Assembly (NCBI RefSeq): GCF_044704955.1
Contig: NC_091987.1
Coordinates: 85,002,001-85,066,000, forward strand
DNA: 64,000 nucleotides
Source of the DNA: Pristiophorus japonicus
Lineage: Eukaryota
Direction of reading: 5' to 3'
Below the pieces are notes generated by a model that made no database searches, was not told where the DNA came from, and was given only the letters and a program-made list of their open reading frames with translations. Below are positions 35,044 through 48,450 of the stretch, piece after piece; within the stretch, counting starts at the first letter, position 1, and each line of letters begins with the position of its first letter. The translations under genes and the position numbers were made by a program.

Positions 35044-37790
35044 GAGATTTACCCTGTATCTAACCCGTGCTGTACCTGCCCTGGGATTGTTTGATGGGAT
35101 AATGTAGGCGGAGATTTAATATGTATCAAACCTGTGCTAACCTAGCAAGTTGTGAAGAGGACGCCAATAATCTACAAAGGGATATAGATAGGCTAAGTGA
35201 GTGGGCAAAACTTTGGCAGATGGAGTATAGTGTGGGAAAATGTGAACTTATCCACTTTGGTAGGAGAAATAAAAAAGCAAATTATTATTTAAATGGGGAG
35301 AGAATACAAAATGTCATGTACAGTGGGATCTGGGGATCCTTGTACATGAAACAAAAATTTAGCATGTAGTTACTGCAATTAATTAGGAAGGCAAAAGGAA
35401 TTCTGGCCTTTATTGCAAGGGGGATGGAGTATAAAAGTAGGGAAGTCCTGCTGCAACTGTATATAGCATTCGTAAGACCACTACGTACAGTTTTGGTCTC
35501 CTTATTTCAGGAAGGATATACTTGCACTGGAGGCAGTTCACAGAAGGTTCACGAGGTTGATTACTGAGCAGGTTGGGCCTATACTCCTTGGGGTTTAGAA
35601 GACTTAGAGGTGATCTCATTGAAACATATAAGATTTTGAGGGGACTTGACAGGATAAATGCACAGAGCATGTTTCCCTTCGTGGGGGAATCTAGAACTAG
35701 GGGGCATAGTTCCAGGATAAGGGGTCGCTCATTTAAAACGGAAATGAGGAGGAATTTCTCTCGGAGGGACGTGAATGTTTGGAATTCTCTACCTCAGAGA
35801 GCTGTGGTGGCTGGGTCATTGAATGTATTTAAAGTGGAGATAATCAGATTTTTGAAAGATAAGGGAGTCAAGGATTATGGGGAGCCGGCGGGGAAGTGGA
35901 GTTGAGGCTTGGATCTGATCAGCCATGATCTTATTGAATGGCGGAGCAGGCTCGAGGGGCCAAATGGCCTACTCCTGCTCTTATTTCTTATGTTCCATAC
36001 CTGCCCTATCAGTGTTTGATGGGACAGTGTAGAGGGAGCTTTACTTTATATCTAATCCATGCTGTACCTGCCCTGGGAGTATTGGATGAGACAGTGTCGA
36101 GGGAGCTTTACTCTCTGCCTAACCCATGCTGTACCTGCCCTGGGAGTGTCTGATGGGACAATATTGAGGGAGGTTTACTCTATCTAACCCGTGCTGTACC
36201 TGCCCTGCAAGTGTTTGATTGGACAGTGTAGATGGAGCTTTACTTGGTTTCTGACCCGTGCTGTACCTGTTCTGGGAGTGTTTAATGGGCAGTGTCAAAG
36301 GAACTACATTTTGTATCTGACCTGTGCTATTCCTGCCCTGGGAATTTTAGATGGGACACTGTAGAGGGAGCTTTACTCTGCATCCAATTTTGCTGTACCT
36401 GCCCTGGGAGTGTTTGATGGGATAATGTAGACGGAGATTTACTGTGTATCTAACCTGTGCTAACCGAGCAAGTTGTGAGGAGGATGTAAAGAATCGACAA
36501 AGGAATATAGATAGGTTCAGTGAGTGGGCAAAATTTTGGCAGATAGAGTATAGTGTGGGAAAATGTGAGATTATCCACCTTGGTACGAGAAATAAAAAAG
36601 CAAATTATTATTTAAATGGGGGGAGAATACAAAATGCGGTGGTACAGTGGGATCTGGGGATCCTTGTACATGAAACAAAAATTTAGCATGCAGTTACTGC
36701 AATTAATCTGGAAGGCAAATGGAATGGTGGCCTTTATTGCAAGGGGGATGGAGTATAAAAGTAGGGAAATCCTGCTACAACTGTACATGGCGTTGGTAAG
36801 ACCACATCTGGAGTACTGCGTACAATTTTGGTCCCCTTATTACAGGAAGGGTATACTTGCACTGGAGGCAGTTCAGAGAAAGTTCCCGAGGTTGTTTCCT
36901 GAGATGAAGGGATTTTCATAATGAGAAAGGTTGAGCAGATTAGGCCTGTACTCACTGGAGTTTAGAAGACTTAGAGGTGATCTTATTGAAACGTATAAGA
37001 TTCTGAGGGGGCTTGACAGGGTAGATACAGAGAGGATGTTTCCCCTCATGGGGGACTCTCGAACTAGGGGGCATAGTTTCAGAATAAGGGGTTGCTGATT
37101 TAAAAGGGAAATGAGGAGGAATTTCTTCTCTGAGGGTTGTGAATCTCTGGAATTCTCTACCTCAGAGAGCTGTGGGGGCTGGGTCATTGAATGTATTTAA
37201 GGTGGAGATAGACAGATTTTTGAACGATAAAGGAGTCAAGGATTATGGGGAGTGGGCGGGGTAGTGGAGTTGAGGCCTGGATCCGATCAGCCATGATCTT
37301 ATTGAATGGCGAAGCAGGCTCGAGGGGCTAAATGGTCTACTCCTGTTCCTATTATGTTCCATGCCTGCCCTGGGAGTATTTGATGGGACAGTGCAAAGGG
37401 AGGATTGCTCTGTATCTAACCCGTGCTGTACCTGCCTTGGGAGTGTTTGATGTGACAGTGTTAAGGGAGGATTACTCTCTATCTAACCCATGCTGTACCT
37501 GTCCCGGGAGTTTTTGACAGGACAGTGTACAGGGAGCGTTATGCTGTATCTAACCCGTGCTGTACCTGCCCTGGGAGTGTTTGATGGGACAGTGTAGAGG
37601 GAGATTTGCTCTGTATCTAACCCGTGCTGCACCTGCCCTGGGGGTCTCTGATGGGACAGTGTAGGCTGAGGTTTACTCTGTATCTAATCCGTGCTGCACC
37701 TGCCCTGCGGGTCTCTGATAGTACAGTATAGGTGGAGGTTTATTCTATCTAGTCCGTGCTGCACCTGCCCTGGGAGTGTTTCGTTCGACA
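35044..37790 (+). repeat. Two composite units of 67-bp satellite plus embedded ~850-bp 5'-truncated CR1 (CR1 at ~35140-35995 and ~36460-37358)
   Basis: Same junction ACCTGTGCTAAC..AGCAAGTTGTGA and same exit TATGTTC.AT.CCTGCCC in both units. Confidence 0.9.
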
Positions 37791-37799
37791 GTTTACAGA

Positions 37800-40700
37800 A
37801 GAACAGAAGAAATAGGAGCAGGAGTAGGCCATACGGCCCCTCGAGCCTGCTCCGCCATTCAATAAGATCATGGACTCAGCTCCACTTCCCTGTCTGCTCC
37901 CCATAACCCCTTATCCCCTTATCGTTTAAGAAACTGTCTATCTCTGTCTTAAATTTATTCAATGTCCCAACTTCCACGTCTTTCTGAGGCAGCGAATTCC
38001 ACAGATTTAGAACCCTGTGAGAGAAGAAATTTCTCATCATCTCTGTTTTAAATGGGCGGCCCCTTATTCTAAGATCATGCCCTCTAGTTCTCGTCTTCCC
38101 CCATCAGTAGAAACATCCTCTCTGCATCCACCTTGTCGAGCCCCCTCATAATCTTATATGTTTCGATAAGATCGCCTCTCATTCTTCTGAACTCCAGTGA
38201 GTAGAGGCCCAACCTAAGTCAACCCTCTCATCCCCGGAATCAACCGAGTGAACTTTCTCTGAACTGCCTCCAAAGCAAGTATATCCTTTCGTGAATATGG
38301 AAACCAAAACTGCACACACTATTCCAGGTGTGGCCTCACCAAAACCTTGTATAGCTGGAGCAAGACTTCCCTGCTTTTATACTCCAACCCCTTTGCAATA
38401 AAGGCCAGAGATACCATTCGCCTTCCTGATCACTTGCTGTATCTGCATACTATCCTTTTGTGTTACACGCACAAGTACCCCCAGGTCCTGCTGTACTGTG
38501 GCATTTTGCAATCTTTCTCCATTTAAATAATAACTTGCTCTTTGATTTTTTTCTGTCAAAGTGCATGACCTCACACTTCCAACATTCTACTCCAACTGCC
38601 AAATTTTTGCCCACTCACTGAGCCTGTCTATGTCCTTCTGCAGATTTTTTGTGTCCTGCTCACACATTGCTTTTCCACCCATCTTTGTATTGTCAGCAAA
38701 CTTGGCTACGTTACACTCAGTCCCTTCTTCCAAGTCGTTAATATAGATTGTAAATAGTTGGGGACCCAACACTGATCCCTGCGGCACCCCACTAGTTACT
38801 GGTTGCCAAACAGAGAATGAGCCATTTATCCCGACTCTCTGTTCTCTATTAGTTAGCCAATCCTCTTTTCATGCTAATATATTACCCCCAACTCCGTGAA
38901 CTTTTATCTTGTGCAGCAACCTTTTATGTAGCACGTTGTCAAATGCCTGCTGGAAGTCCAAATACACCATATCCACTGGTTCCACTTTATCCACCCTGTT
39001 CGTTACATCCTCAAAGAGCTCCAGCAAATTTGTCAAACATGACTTCCCCTTCATAAATCCATGCTGACTCTGCCTGACCGAATTTTGCTTATCCAAATGT
39101 CCTGCTACTGCTTCTTTAATAATGGACTCGGGCAACATTTTCCCAACCACAGATGTTAGACTAACTGGTCTATAGTTTCCTGTTTTTTGTCTGCCTCCTT
39201 TTTTAAATAGGGGCATTACATTTGCAGTTTTCCAATCTGCTGGGACCTCTCCAGAATCCAGGGAATTTTATAAATTACAACCAATGCATCTACAATCCCT
39301 GCCGCTACTTCTCTTAAAACCCGACGATGCAAACCATAAGGTCCAGGGGATATATCTGCCTTTAGTACCATTATCTTACTGAGTACCATCTCCTTAATGA
39401 TTGTGATTGTGTTAAGATCTCTCCTTCCCCCCCCCCCCCCACCCCCCCCCCCCCCATAGCCCCTTGACTATCCACTGTTGGAAGATTGTTAGTGTCTTCT
39501 AACGCAAATATTTGTTCAGAGTTTCTGCAATCTCCATGTTCCCCATTACTAATTCCCCGGTCTCGGTCCTCTAAAGGACCAACATTTACTTTAGCCACTC
39601 TTTTCTATTTTATAGACCTATAGAAACTCTTGCTATCTGTTTTTATATTTTGTGCTAGTTTACTTTCATAGTCTATCTTCCCTTTCTTCTTCATTTTTTT
39701 AGTTGTTCTTTGCTGACTTCTGTCCTCCCACGAGTTTTGGTCACTTTGTATGCCCTTGTTTTTAATTGGATACCGTCCTTTATTTCTTTAGTTAGCCACG
39801 GATGGCTATCTTTTCTCTTGCACCCTTTCCTCCTCACTGGAATGTATTTTTCTTGAGAGTTGTGAAATATCTCCTTAAATGTACACAGTTCATCAACCGT
39901 CCTACACTTTAATCTACTTTCTCAGTCCACTTTACCCAACTCTGCCCTCATACCTTCATAGTCTCCTTTATTTAAGATTAGTACGCTGGTTAGAGATCCA
40001 ACTTTCTCACCCTCCATCTGAATTTGAAATTCAGTCATGCTATGATCACTCATTCCGAGGGGATCCTTTACTAGAGATTGTTTATTAATCCTGTCTCATT
40101 ACACAGGATCAGATCTAAGATAGCCTGCCCCCTGGTTGGTTCTGTTACATACTGCTCAAGGAACCCGTCCCTTATGCACTCCATGAACTCCTCATCAATA
40201 TGGAGGTTAATATCACCTATGATTATTGCTGTTCCCTTTTTACAAACCCCCACTATTTCCTGGTTGATGCTCCAACCAACAGGGTTGTTACTGTTCGGGG
40301 GCCAAGAGACTATGCCCACCAGTGACTTTTTCCCCTTATTATTCCTTATCTCCACCCAAACTGTCTTAACACTATTATCATTTGAGCCAATATCGTTCCT
40401 TACTATTGCAGTGATTCCATTCTTTATCCATAGAGCTACTCCACCTCCTTTTCCTTTCTGTCTGTCCTTCCGAATTGTCAAGTACCCCTGAAAATTTAAT
40501 TCCCAGTCCTGGTCACCTTGCAACCACGTCTCTGTAATAGCTATCAGATCATACCCATTTGTCTCAATTTGTGCTGTCAACTTATCTATTTTGTTACAAT
40601 TGCTATGTGCATTTAGACAAAGTGTCTTTAAGTTTGTTGTTTTACCTTTTTTTCCTGCTTGTATCCTCTCTCCTTCAAACTCACTTTCTTTATTTTTGCT

Positions 40701-41095
40701 TTCTAATTCCAGCTTTACTCCTCTCCCTACGGAATCTATTTTTAGGTTCCCATCCCCCTGCCAAGCTAGTTTAAACCCTCCCCAACAGCACGAGCAAACC
40801 CACCCGCAAGGATATTGGTCCCTGCTATGTTGAGGTGCAACCCGTCCGGCTTGTACAGGTCCCACCTCCCCCAGAAGCGGTCCCAGTGCCTCAGGAAGCT
40901 AAAACCCTCCCACCTGCACCATCTCTCCAGCCATCTGCTCGATCCTCCTATTTCTGTACTCACTACCTTTTGAGGTCCTGCTTTGTAATCTCTCTCCTAG
41001 CTCCCTAAACTCTGCCTGCAGGACCTCATCCCTCTTCCTACCCATGTCACTGGTACCGATGTGGACCACGAACTCTGGCTGTTCAACCTCTGCCC
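37800..41095 (-). mobile_element. Long CR1 (ORF1 esterase end, endonuclease, RT, tail) inserted in the satellite array
   Basis: ORF1 RWDLYKPDGLHLN; EN IAITETWL; RT motifs; tail at ~37800. Confidence 0.93.
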
Positions 41096-41099
41096 CCAG

Positions 41100-43330
41100 A
41101 GTGCAGAGAGAGCTTTACTCTCTACATAACCCGTGCTGCACCTGCCTTGTGCGTGATTGATGGAACACTTCTGAGGGAACTTTGCTCTGTATCTAACCCA
41201 TGCTCTACCTGCCCTGTGAGCTTTGATGGGTTGGTGTAGGGGAATCTTTCCTCTATATCTAACCCATACTCTACCTGCCCTTGTTGTGTCTGATGGGACA
41301 GTGTAGAGAGAGGTTTACTCTGTATCTAATCCATGCTGTACCTGTCCTGGGAGTGTTTGATGGATGGTGTAGAGGGAGGTTTACTCTGTATCTAACATAA
41401 GCTGTACCTGCTCTTGGAATATTTGATGGGGCAATGTAGACGGAGCTTTACTCTGTTTCTGACCCGTGCTTTACCTGCTCTGGGAGGTTTTGATGGGACA
41501 GTGCAGAGGGAGATTTATTCTGCATCTAATTTTGCTGTACCTGCCCTGCGAGTGTTTGATGCGGCAGTATAGAGGGAGCTTTACTCTATATCTGGCCCGT
41601 GCTATACCTGCCCTGGGAGTTTTGGATGCGACAGTGGAGAGAGAGCTGTACTCTGTATCTAACCTGTGTTGTACCTGCTGTAGCAGTGTTTGAGGGGACA
41701 GTAAGAGGGAGCTTTAGTCGGTACCTAACCCATGCTGTACCTGCCCTGAGAGTATTTGATGGGACAATGTAGAGGGAGCTTTACTTTCTATCTAACCCGT
41801 GTTGTACCTGCTCTGCGAGCGTTTGATGGATAATGTAGACGGAGACTTACTCTGTATCCAACCTGTGCTAACTTAGCAAGTTGTGAAGAGGACGCAAAGA
41901 ATCTACAAAGGGATATAGAGAGGGCAAAACTTTAGCAGATGGAGTATAATGTGGGAAGATGTGTGGTTATCCACTTTGGTAGGAAAAATAAAACAGCAAA
42001 TTATTATTTAAATGGGGAGAGATTACAAAATGCAACAGTACAGAGGGATCTGGGGGTCCTACATTAAACACAAAAAGTTAACATGCAGTTACAGCAATTA
42101 ATTAGGAACGCAAATGGAATGTTGTCCTTTATTGCAAGGGGGATGGAGTATAAAAGTAAGAAAGTGCTTCTGCAACTGTACAGGGCGTTGGTGAGACTAC
42201 ACCTGGAGAACTGCATACAGTTTGGTCTCCTTATTTAAGGAGGGGTATACTTGCATTGGAAGCAGTTCAGAGAAGGTTCCTGAGGTTGATTACTGAGATG
42301 AAGGGGTTGTCATAAGAAGGAAGGTAAAGCAGGTGGGGCCTATACTCATTGGAGTTTAGAAGACTTAGAGGTGATCTTATTGAAACGTATAAGATTCTGA
42401 GGGGGCTTGACAGGGTAGATGCAGAGAGGATGTTTCTCCTCGTGGGGAATCTAGAACGAGGGGGTATAGTTTCAGAATAAGGGGTCGCTCATTTAAAACT
42501 GAAATGAGGAGGAATTTTTTATCTGAGGGACGTGAATCTTTGGGATTCTCTACCTCAGAGAGCTGTGGAGGCTGGGTCATTGAATATATTTCAAGTGGGG
42601 ATAGACAGATTTTTGAAAGATAAGGGAGTCGAGAATTATGGGGAGCGGGCAGGGAAGTGGAGTTGAGGCCTGGATCAGATCAGGCATGATCTTATTGAAT
42701 GGCGGAGCAGGCTTGAGGGGCCAAATGGCCGACTCCTGCTCCGTTTCTTATGTTCTATACCTACCCTTTGAATGTTTGATGGGACAGTGTAAAGGGAGCT
42801 TTCCTCCATATTTAATCCAGGCTGTACCTGCCCTGGGAGTGTTTGATGGAACAGTGTAGAAGGAGATTTACTCTATCTAACCAGTACTGTACCTGTCCTG
42901 GGACTGTCTGATGGGACAGTATAGAGGGAGGTTTATGCTTTCTAATCCGTGTTGTACCTGCCCTGGTGGGATAGTGTACACAGGGCTTTACTCTGTATCT
43001 AATCCATGCTGTACCTGCTCTGGGAGTGTTTGATGGGACAGTGTAGAAGGAGCCTTGCTCTTATCTAGCATATGCTATGCCTGCCCTGGCATTGTTTGAT
43101 GGGACAGTGTACAGGGAGCTTTACTCTGTATCTAACCCGTGCTGTACCTCCCCTGGGAGTGTTTGATGGGACAGCGTACAGGGAGCTTTACTCTGTATCT
43201 AACCCGTACTGTACCTCCCCTGGGAGTGTTTGATGGGACAGTATCGAGGGAGCTTTACTCTGTATCTATCCCGTGCTGTGCGGCCCCTTGAAGTATTTGC
43301 TGGGACAATGAAGTGGGACCATTACTGTGT
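41100..43330 (+). repeat. 67-bp satellite array with a third composite CR1 copy (~41870-42755)
   Basis: 67-bp periodicity; same CR1 junction as at 35140 and 36460. Confidence 0.9.
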
Positions 43331-43334
43331 ATTA

Positions 43335-46300
43335 AGACCCAAGGTTGCAAGCCATCAGGTCCAGGGGACTTTTCCATCTTTAGTCCCATTATTTTATTGA
43401 GCCTTTTTTTTGTGATAGTGATTGCTTTAAGTTCCTCCCTCGCTTTCGCCCCTTGATTATCTATTATTGGGATGTTTTTAGTGTCTTCTACCGTAAAGAC
43501 TGATAAAATTATTTGTTCAAAGTCTCTACCATTTCCCTGTTCCCCATTATTAATTCCCCAGTCTCATCCTCTAAAGGACCAACGTTTAATTTAGCCACCC
43601 TATCCTTATTAGAAGCTCATACTATCTTTTTTATATTACTTGCTAGTTTACTCTCATAATCTATCTTCCCTCTCTATTATTTCTTTAGTCATCATTTGCT
43701 GTTTTTTTAAAAATTTGCCAATGCTCCGGCCTCCCACTGATCTTGGCCACTTTGTATGACATTGTTTTCAAATTGATACCATTCTTTACTTCCTTCGTTA
43801 GCCACGGAATGTTCTCCCTTCGCTTAAAGTTTTTCCTTCTCACTGAAATATATTTTTGTTGAGTTATGAAATATCTCCTTTATTGTCTGTCACTGCTTCT
43901 CAACTGTCTTACACTTTAATCTATCTTCCCAGTCGACTTAAGCCAACTTTTTTTTTATACGTTCACGAGATGTGGGCTTCGCTGACAAGGCTAGTATTTA
44001 TTGCCCATCCCTAATTGCCCTTGAGAAGATGGTGGTAAGCCACCTTCATGAACTGCTGCAGTCCGTGTGGTGATGGTAGTGCCACAGTGCTGTTAGGGAG
44101 GGAGTTCCAGGAATTTGACCGCGCGACGATGAAGGAATGGCGATATGCTTTCAAGTCAGGATGGTGTGTGACTTGGAGGGGAACGTGGAGGTGGTGGTGT
44201 TCCCATGCGCTTGCTGCCCTTGTCCTTCTCGATGTTAGAGGTCGCGGGTTTGGGAGGTGCTGCCGAAGAAGCCTTGGCGAGTTGCTGCAGTGCATCATGT
44301 AGATAGTACACAATGCAGCCACGGTACGCCGGTGGTGGAGGGAGTGGGTGTTTAAGGTGGTGGATGGGGTGCCAATCGAGCGGGCTGCTTTGTCCTGGAT
44401 GGTGTCGAGCTTCTTAAGTGTTGTTGGAGCTTCACTCATCCAGGCAAGTGGAGAGTATTCCATCACACTCCTGGCTTGTGTCTTGTAGATGATGGAAAGG
44501 CTTTGGGGAGTCAGGAGATGACACACTTGCCACAGAATACCCAGCCTCTGACCTGCTCTTGTTGCCACAGTATTTATGTGGCTGGTCCAGTTAAGTTTCT
44601 GGTCAATGGTGACCCCCAGGATGTTGATGGTAGGGGATTTGGCGATGGTAATGCCATTGAATGTTAAGGGGCAGTGGTTAGACTCTCACTTGTTGAAGAT
44701 AGTCATTGTCAGGCACTCGTGTGGCACGAATGTTACTTGTCACTTATCAGCCCAAGTCTGAATGTTGTCCAGGTCTTGCTGCAAGCGGGCATGGACTGCT
44801 CCATTATCTGAGGAGTTTCGAATGGAATTGAATACTGTGCAGTCATCAGCGAACATCCCCACTTCTGCTTTCATACCTTTGTAGTTGCATTTATTTAGAA
44901 TCAGGGCACTGGTTTGAGGTCTGACTTTCTCACCCTCCAACTGAATTTGAAATTCAACCATGTTATGATCACTTTTTCCTAGAGGATCCTTTACTATGAG
45001 ATAATTTATTAATCTTGTCTCATTACACAGTACCAGATCTAAGATAGCCTGCTCCCTGATTGGTTTCTTCAACTTACTCTTCAAGGAAACCATCCCGGAT
45101 ACACTCTTATAAACTCTTCCTCAAGTCTACCTTGGCCAACTTGATTTGTCTAATCAATATGAAGATTAAAGTCGCCCATGATTATTACCGTACCTTTCTT
45201 ACAAGCCTCCATTATTTCTTGATCTATACTCCGTCCAACAGTGTCGCTACTGTTAGGGGGCCTATGGACTACGCCCACCAGTGACTTCTTCCCCTTATTA
45301 TTTCTTATCTCCACTCAAACTGATTCTACATCTTGATCTTCTGAGCCAATATCATTTCTCACTACTACACTGATCTCATCCTTTATTAACAGAACTACCT
45401 CACCTTTTCCTTTCTGTCTATCCTTCTGAATTGTTAAATACCCCTGAATATTCAGTTCCCAGCCTTGGTCACCTTGCAACCACATTTCTGTAATGGCTAT
45501 CAGATCATACCCATTTATATCTATTTCTGCCGTCAACTCATCTATCTTGTTACGAATGTTATGTGCATTCAGATAAAGAGCTTTTAATTTTGTCTTTTTA
45601 AAATTTTTTCCTGCTTTAACCCTACTTTCTGTTATACTCTTATTTTATACATTCTGTCCCTTCCTGTCACAGTCTGGTTATCATTTCCCCCACCGCTACC
45701 CTGCTCTATTGCCTTCTCCTTGCTCTTTGCCTTTTTAAATTTCCGCTCACCTGAACCCTTTCCACCCCCAGTACTGGTGCCAGTGCCCCATGAACCGAAA
45801 CCCATTTCTCCCACACCAGACTTTGTGCCACATGTCCATCTCTCTGATCTTATTTACGCTGTGCAAATTTGCTCGTGGCTCGGGTAGTAATCCAGAGATT
45901 ATTGCCTTTGTGGTTCTGCTTTTTAATTTAGCCCCTAGCTGCTCAAAATCCCTCAGCAGAACCTCTTTCTTTGTTCTGTCTATGTCATTGGTCCCTACAT
46001 GAACCACGACAACTGGATCTTCCCCATCCCACTCCACGTTCCTCTTCAGCCCGGAGGAGATGTCCTTAACCTTGGCACCGGACAGGCAACACAGCCTTCG
46101 GGACTCTCGCTCTCGGCTGCAGAGAACAGTATCTATCCCCCTAACTGTACTCTTTCCTACCACTACAACATTTATTTTTACTCCCCCCATTGAATGGCCT
46201 CCTGTACCATGGCGCTGTGGTCAGTTTGCTCACCCTCCCTGCAGTCCCCGCCCTCGTCCAAACAGGGAGCAAGATTCTCGTGCCTGTTGGACAATTTTAA

Positions 46301-46780
46301 GGGCTGAGGCTCCTCCATCACTACCTCCTGGGCCCCCACAGCTGCCTCGCTCATAGTCACACCCTCCTGTCCCTGACCACGGACCAAATTTGAATTTACA
46401 CAGTGTCCAGGTAAGTCTCCCCCTCCCTGATGTGTCGCAGTGTCTGCAGCTCGGACTCCAGCTCATCAACGCGGAGCTGAAGTTCCTCGAGCAGCCAACA
46501 CTTACTGCAGATGTGGTCGCCGTGGACCTCAATGGGGTCAACCAGCTCCCACATGTAGCAGCAGTAACACATCGCCTGCCCTGCCATCTCGAATGGATTT
46601 AATTAAGTTTTCACGTTTTGAAAGTTTAGATTTTTAATCCCAGCTCTTAATTTAAACCAATGCCCAAGAAAAGAGAGAAAAACTGACCAACCAATCACTT
46701 CCCTGCTTTCCTGTGACATCACACTTTGAATCTTTTTACTTCTTACCCTCCCAGGTCACTTGGTGCTGTTTCGGCTGTCT
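43335..46780 (-). mobile_element. CR1 5' portion (ORF1 zinc-finger/leucine zipper plus esterase, endonuclease), interrupted at 43950-44862
   Basis: MAGQAMCYCCYMWE..CSKC..LEELQLRVDELESEL; VVVHVGTNDI; frame continuity GMKAE|LA*VDWEDR across the insert. Confidence 0.9.
43950..44862 (-). mobile_element. Second LINE family (CR1-group, poly-A tailed), 5'-truncated copy
   Basis: MFADD; RAGQRLGIL..LLTPQSLS.IYK..RSVMEYSPLAW; A-tail at ~43950. Confidence 0.85.
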
Positions 46781-46782
46781 GC

Positions 46783-46983
46783 TCGGCTGACTCACGCCCT
46801 TTGTAGGCTTACCGCTGCTCCCACTCTCGGGCCCTTTCCGAAGTCCCGCTGCTCAGCTGACTCACACCCTTTGTAGGCTTACCGCTGCTCCCACTCTCGG
46901 GCCCTTTCCGAAGTCCCGCTGCTCAGCTGACTCACGGCCTTTGTAGGCTTACCGCTGTTCCCACTCTCGCGCCCTTTCCGAAG
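46783..46983. repeat. 70-bp tandem repeat (~3 units) at the CR1 5' end
   Basis: Period 70; each unit contains TGACTCA. Confidence 0.85.
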
Positions 46984-46994
46984 GGATGGACGCA

Positions 46995-47630
46995 AGTAGG
47001 TTTTCCCCCTCGTGTTGATTCTCTCACCACCTGCTGCAGGCCCAGTCTGGCAGCTATATCCTTCAGGACTCGGCCAGCTCGGTCAGTAGTGGTGCTGCCG
47101 AGCCAGTCTTGATGGACGTTGAAGTCCCCCACCCAGAGTACATTCTGTGCACCTTGCTACTCTCAGTGCTTCTTCCAAGTGGTGTTCAACATGGAGGAGT
47201 ACTGATTCATCAGCTGAGGGAGGGCGGTGGGTGGTAATCAGCAGGAGGTTTCCTTGCCCATGCTTGACCTCGAGCCATGAGACTTCATGGGATCCGGAGT
47301 CAATGTTGAGGAGTCCCAGGGCCACACCCTCCCGACTGTATACTACTGTGCTGCCACCCCTGGTGGGTCTGTCCTGACGGTGGGACAGGACATACCCAGG
47401 GATGGTGATGGAGGAGTCTGGGACATTGTCTGAAAGGTATGATTCTGTGAGTATGACGATGTCGGGCTGTTGCTTGACTAGTCTGGGACATCTCCCAATT
47501 TTGGCACAAGTCCCCAGATGTTGGTGGGAAAGACTGGGCTGGGTGTGCCGTTGTCGTATCCGTAACCGGGGCGGAGGTCGATGCCGGGTGGTCCGTCCGG
47601 TTTTATTCTTATTATTGATTTTCGTAGCGG
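46995..47630 (-). mobile_element. APE endonuclease fragment, probably of the second LINE family
   Basis: HEVSW..VKHGQGNLLLITT.RPPS and GDFNVH..WLGSTTTDRAG. Confidence 0.75.
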
Positions 47631-48129
47631 TGGATCAATTGATGAATCAGTATGGTCTTGAATGGCGGAGCAGGTTCGAGGATCCAAATGGCCTACTCCT
47701 GCTTCTACTTCTTATGTGTTTATACCTTAGCCCAGATCATTTCTCTATATTAAGAGCAGTGGTCCCAACACTGACCCTGGGGACACCACTGTTTACATCC
47801 CTCCAGTCTGAAGAACATCCATTAACCACTACTGTCTGTTTTCTGCCCTTTACCCAACTTCCTCTCCACGCGGCCCCACTCCCTTTAATACCGTGAGCCT
47901 TAATTTGATCATCAAGCCTCCTGTCCGGCACCTTATCAAACAACTTTTGACAATCCATCTACACAACATCCACTGCATTTCCTTTCTCACTGCACTGTGT
48001 TATTTCCTGCAATAATCCCTGCTGTCTGTCCTCAATCAACCCATTTCACTACCAAATGTTGCAATGTTTACTTCTGTAGCCAGAATCCCCCGCGCAGGGG
48101 TAAAGTGCTCTATCAATGACAACAGGAGC

Positions 48130-48450
48130 TCAGACGTGGGACCGGGCTGTGCTCTGAGCAGGCGCAGTGCCAGTGGTGGAGGTGGTCTGAGGCGGAAGAG
48201 ACGTTCCGCGAGTCGGTAGGAGCTTGTGGGCTCAGCGGAAGAATTGGACCCCTGGGTGGGCTGGGCAGCTTCATAAATACCTGGTGTAGGCCTCAGGCCC
48301 CGAATACGAGCCCACAGGCTCCATGTTTGACCCGCGGTGATGGACCCGACCGCTCGGGGTAACTAGCCGAATTCTTAGACAGGATCAGGGCGCCTGTGTG
48401 GCCATCTTGCTCCAGGAGCAGAGGGTGGCGGGGCTTTAGAGTCCCAGTGA
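48130..48450 (+). promoter_or_regulatory. CpG-rich promoter / first exon of ZNF-B
   Basis: GAGCAGGCGCAGT NRF1-like, GCGGAAG, GGCCATCTTG; GCTTCATAAA.ACCTGGTG.AGG shared with the ZNF-A 5' region. Confidence 0.6.

Larger units (their letters stand above)
27635..40265 (-). repeat. Right arm of the inverted duplication (may extend further; the left arm runs off the window)
   Basis: Reverse-complement colinearity with 1-10428. Confidence 0.95.

Noticed and set aside
35044-43330. Hammerhead ribozyme in the 67-bp satellite
   Set aside because: No CTGANGA plus GAAA core in the consensus unit on either strand
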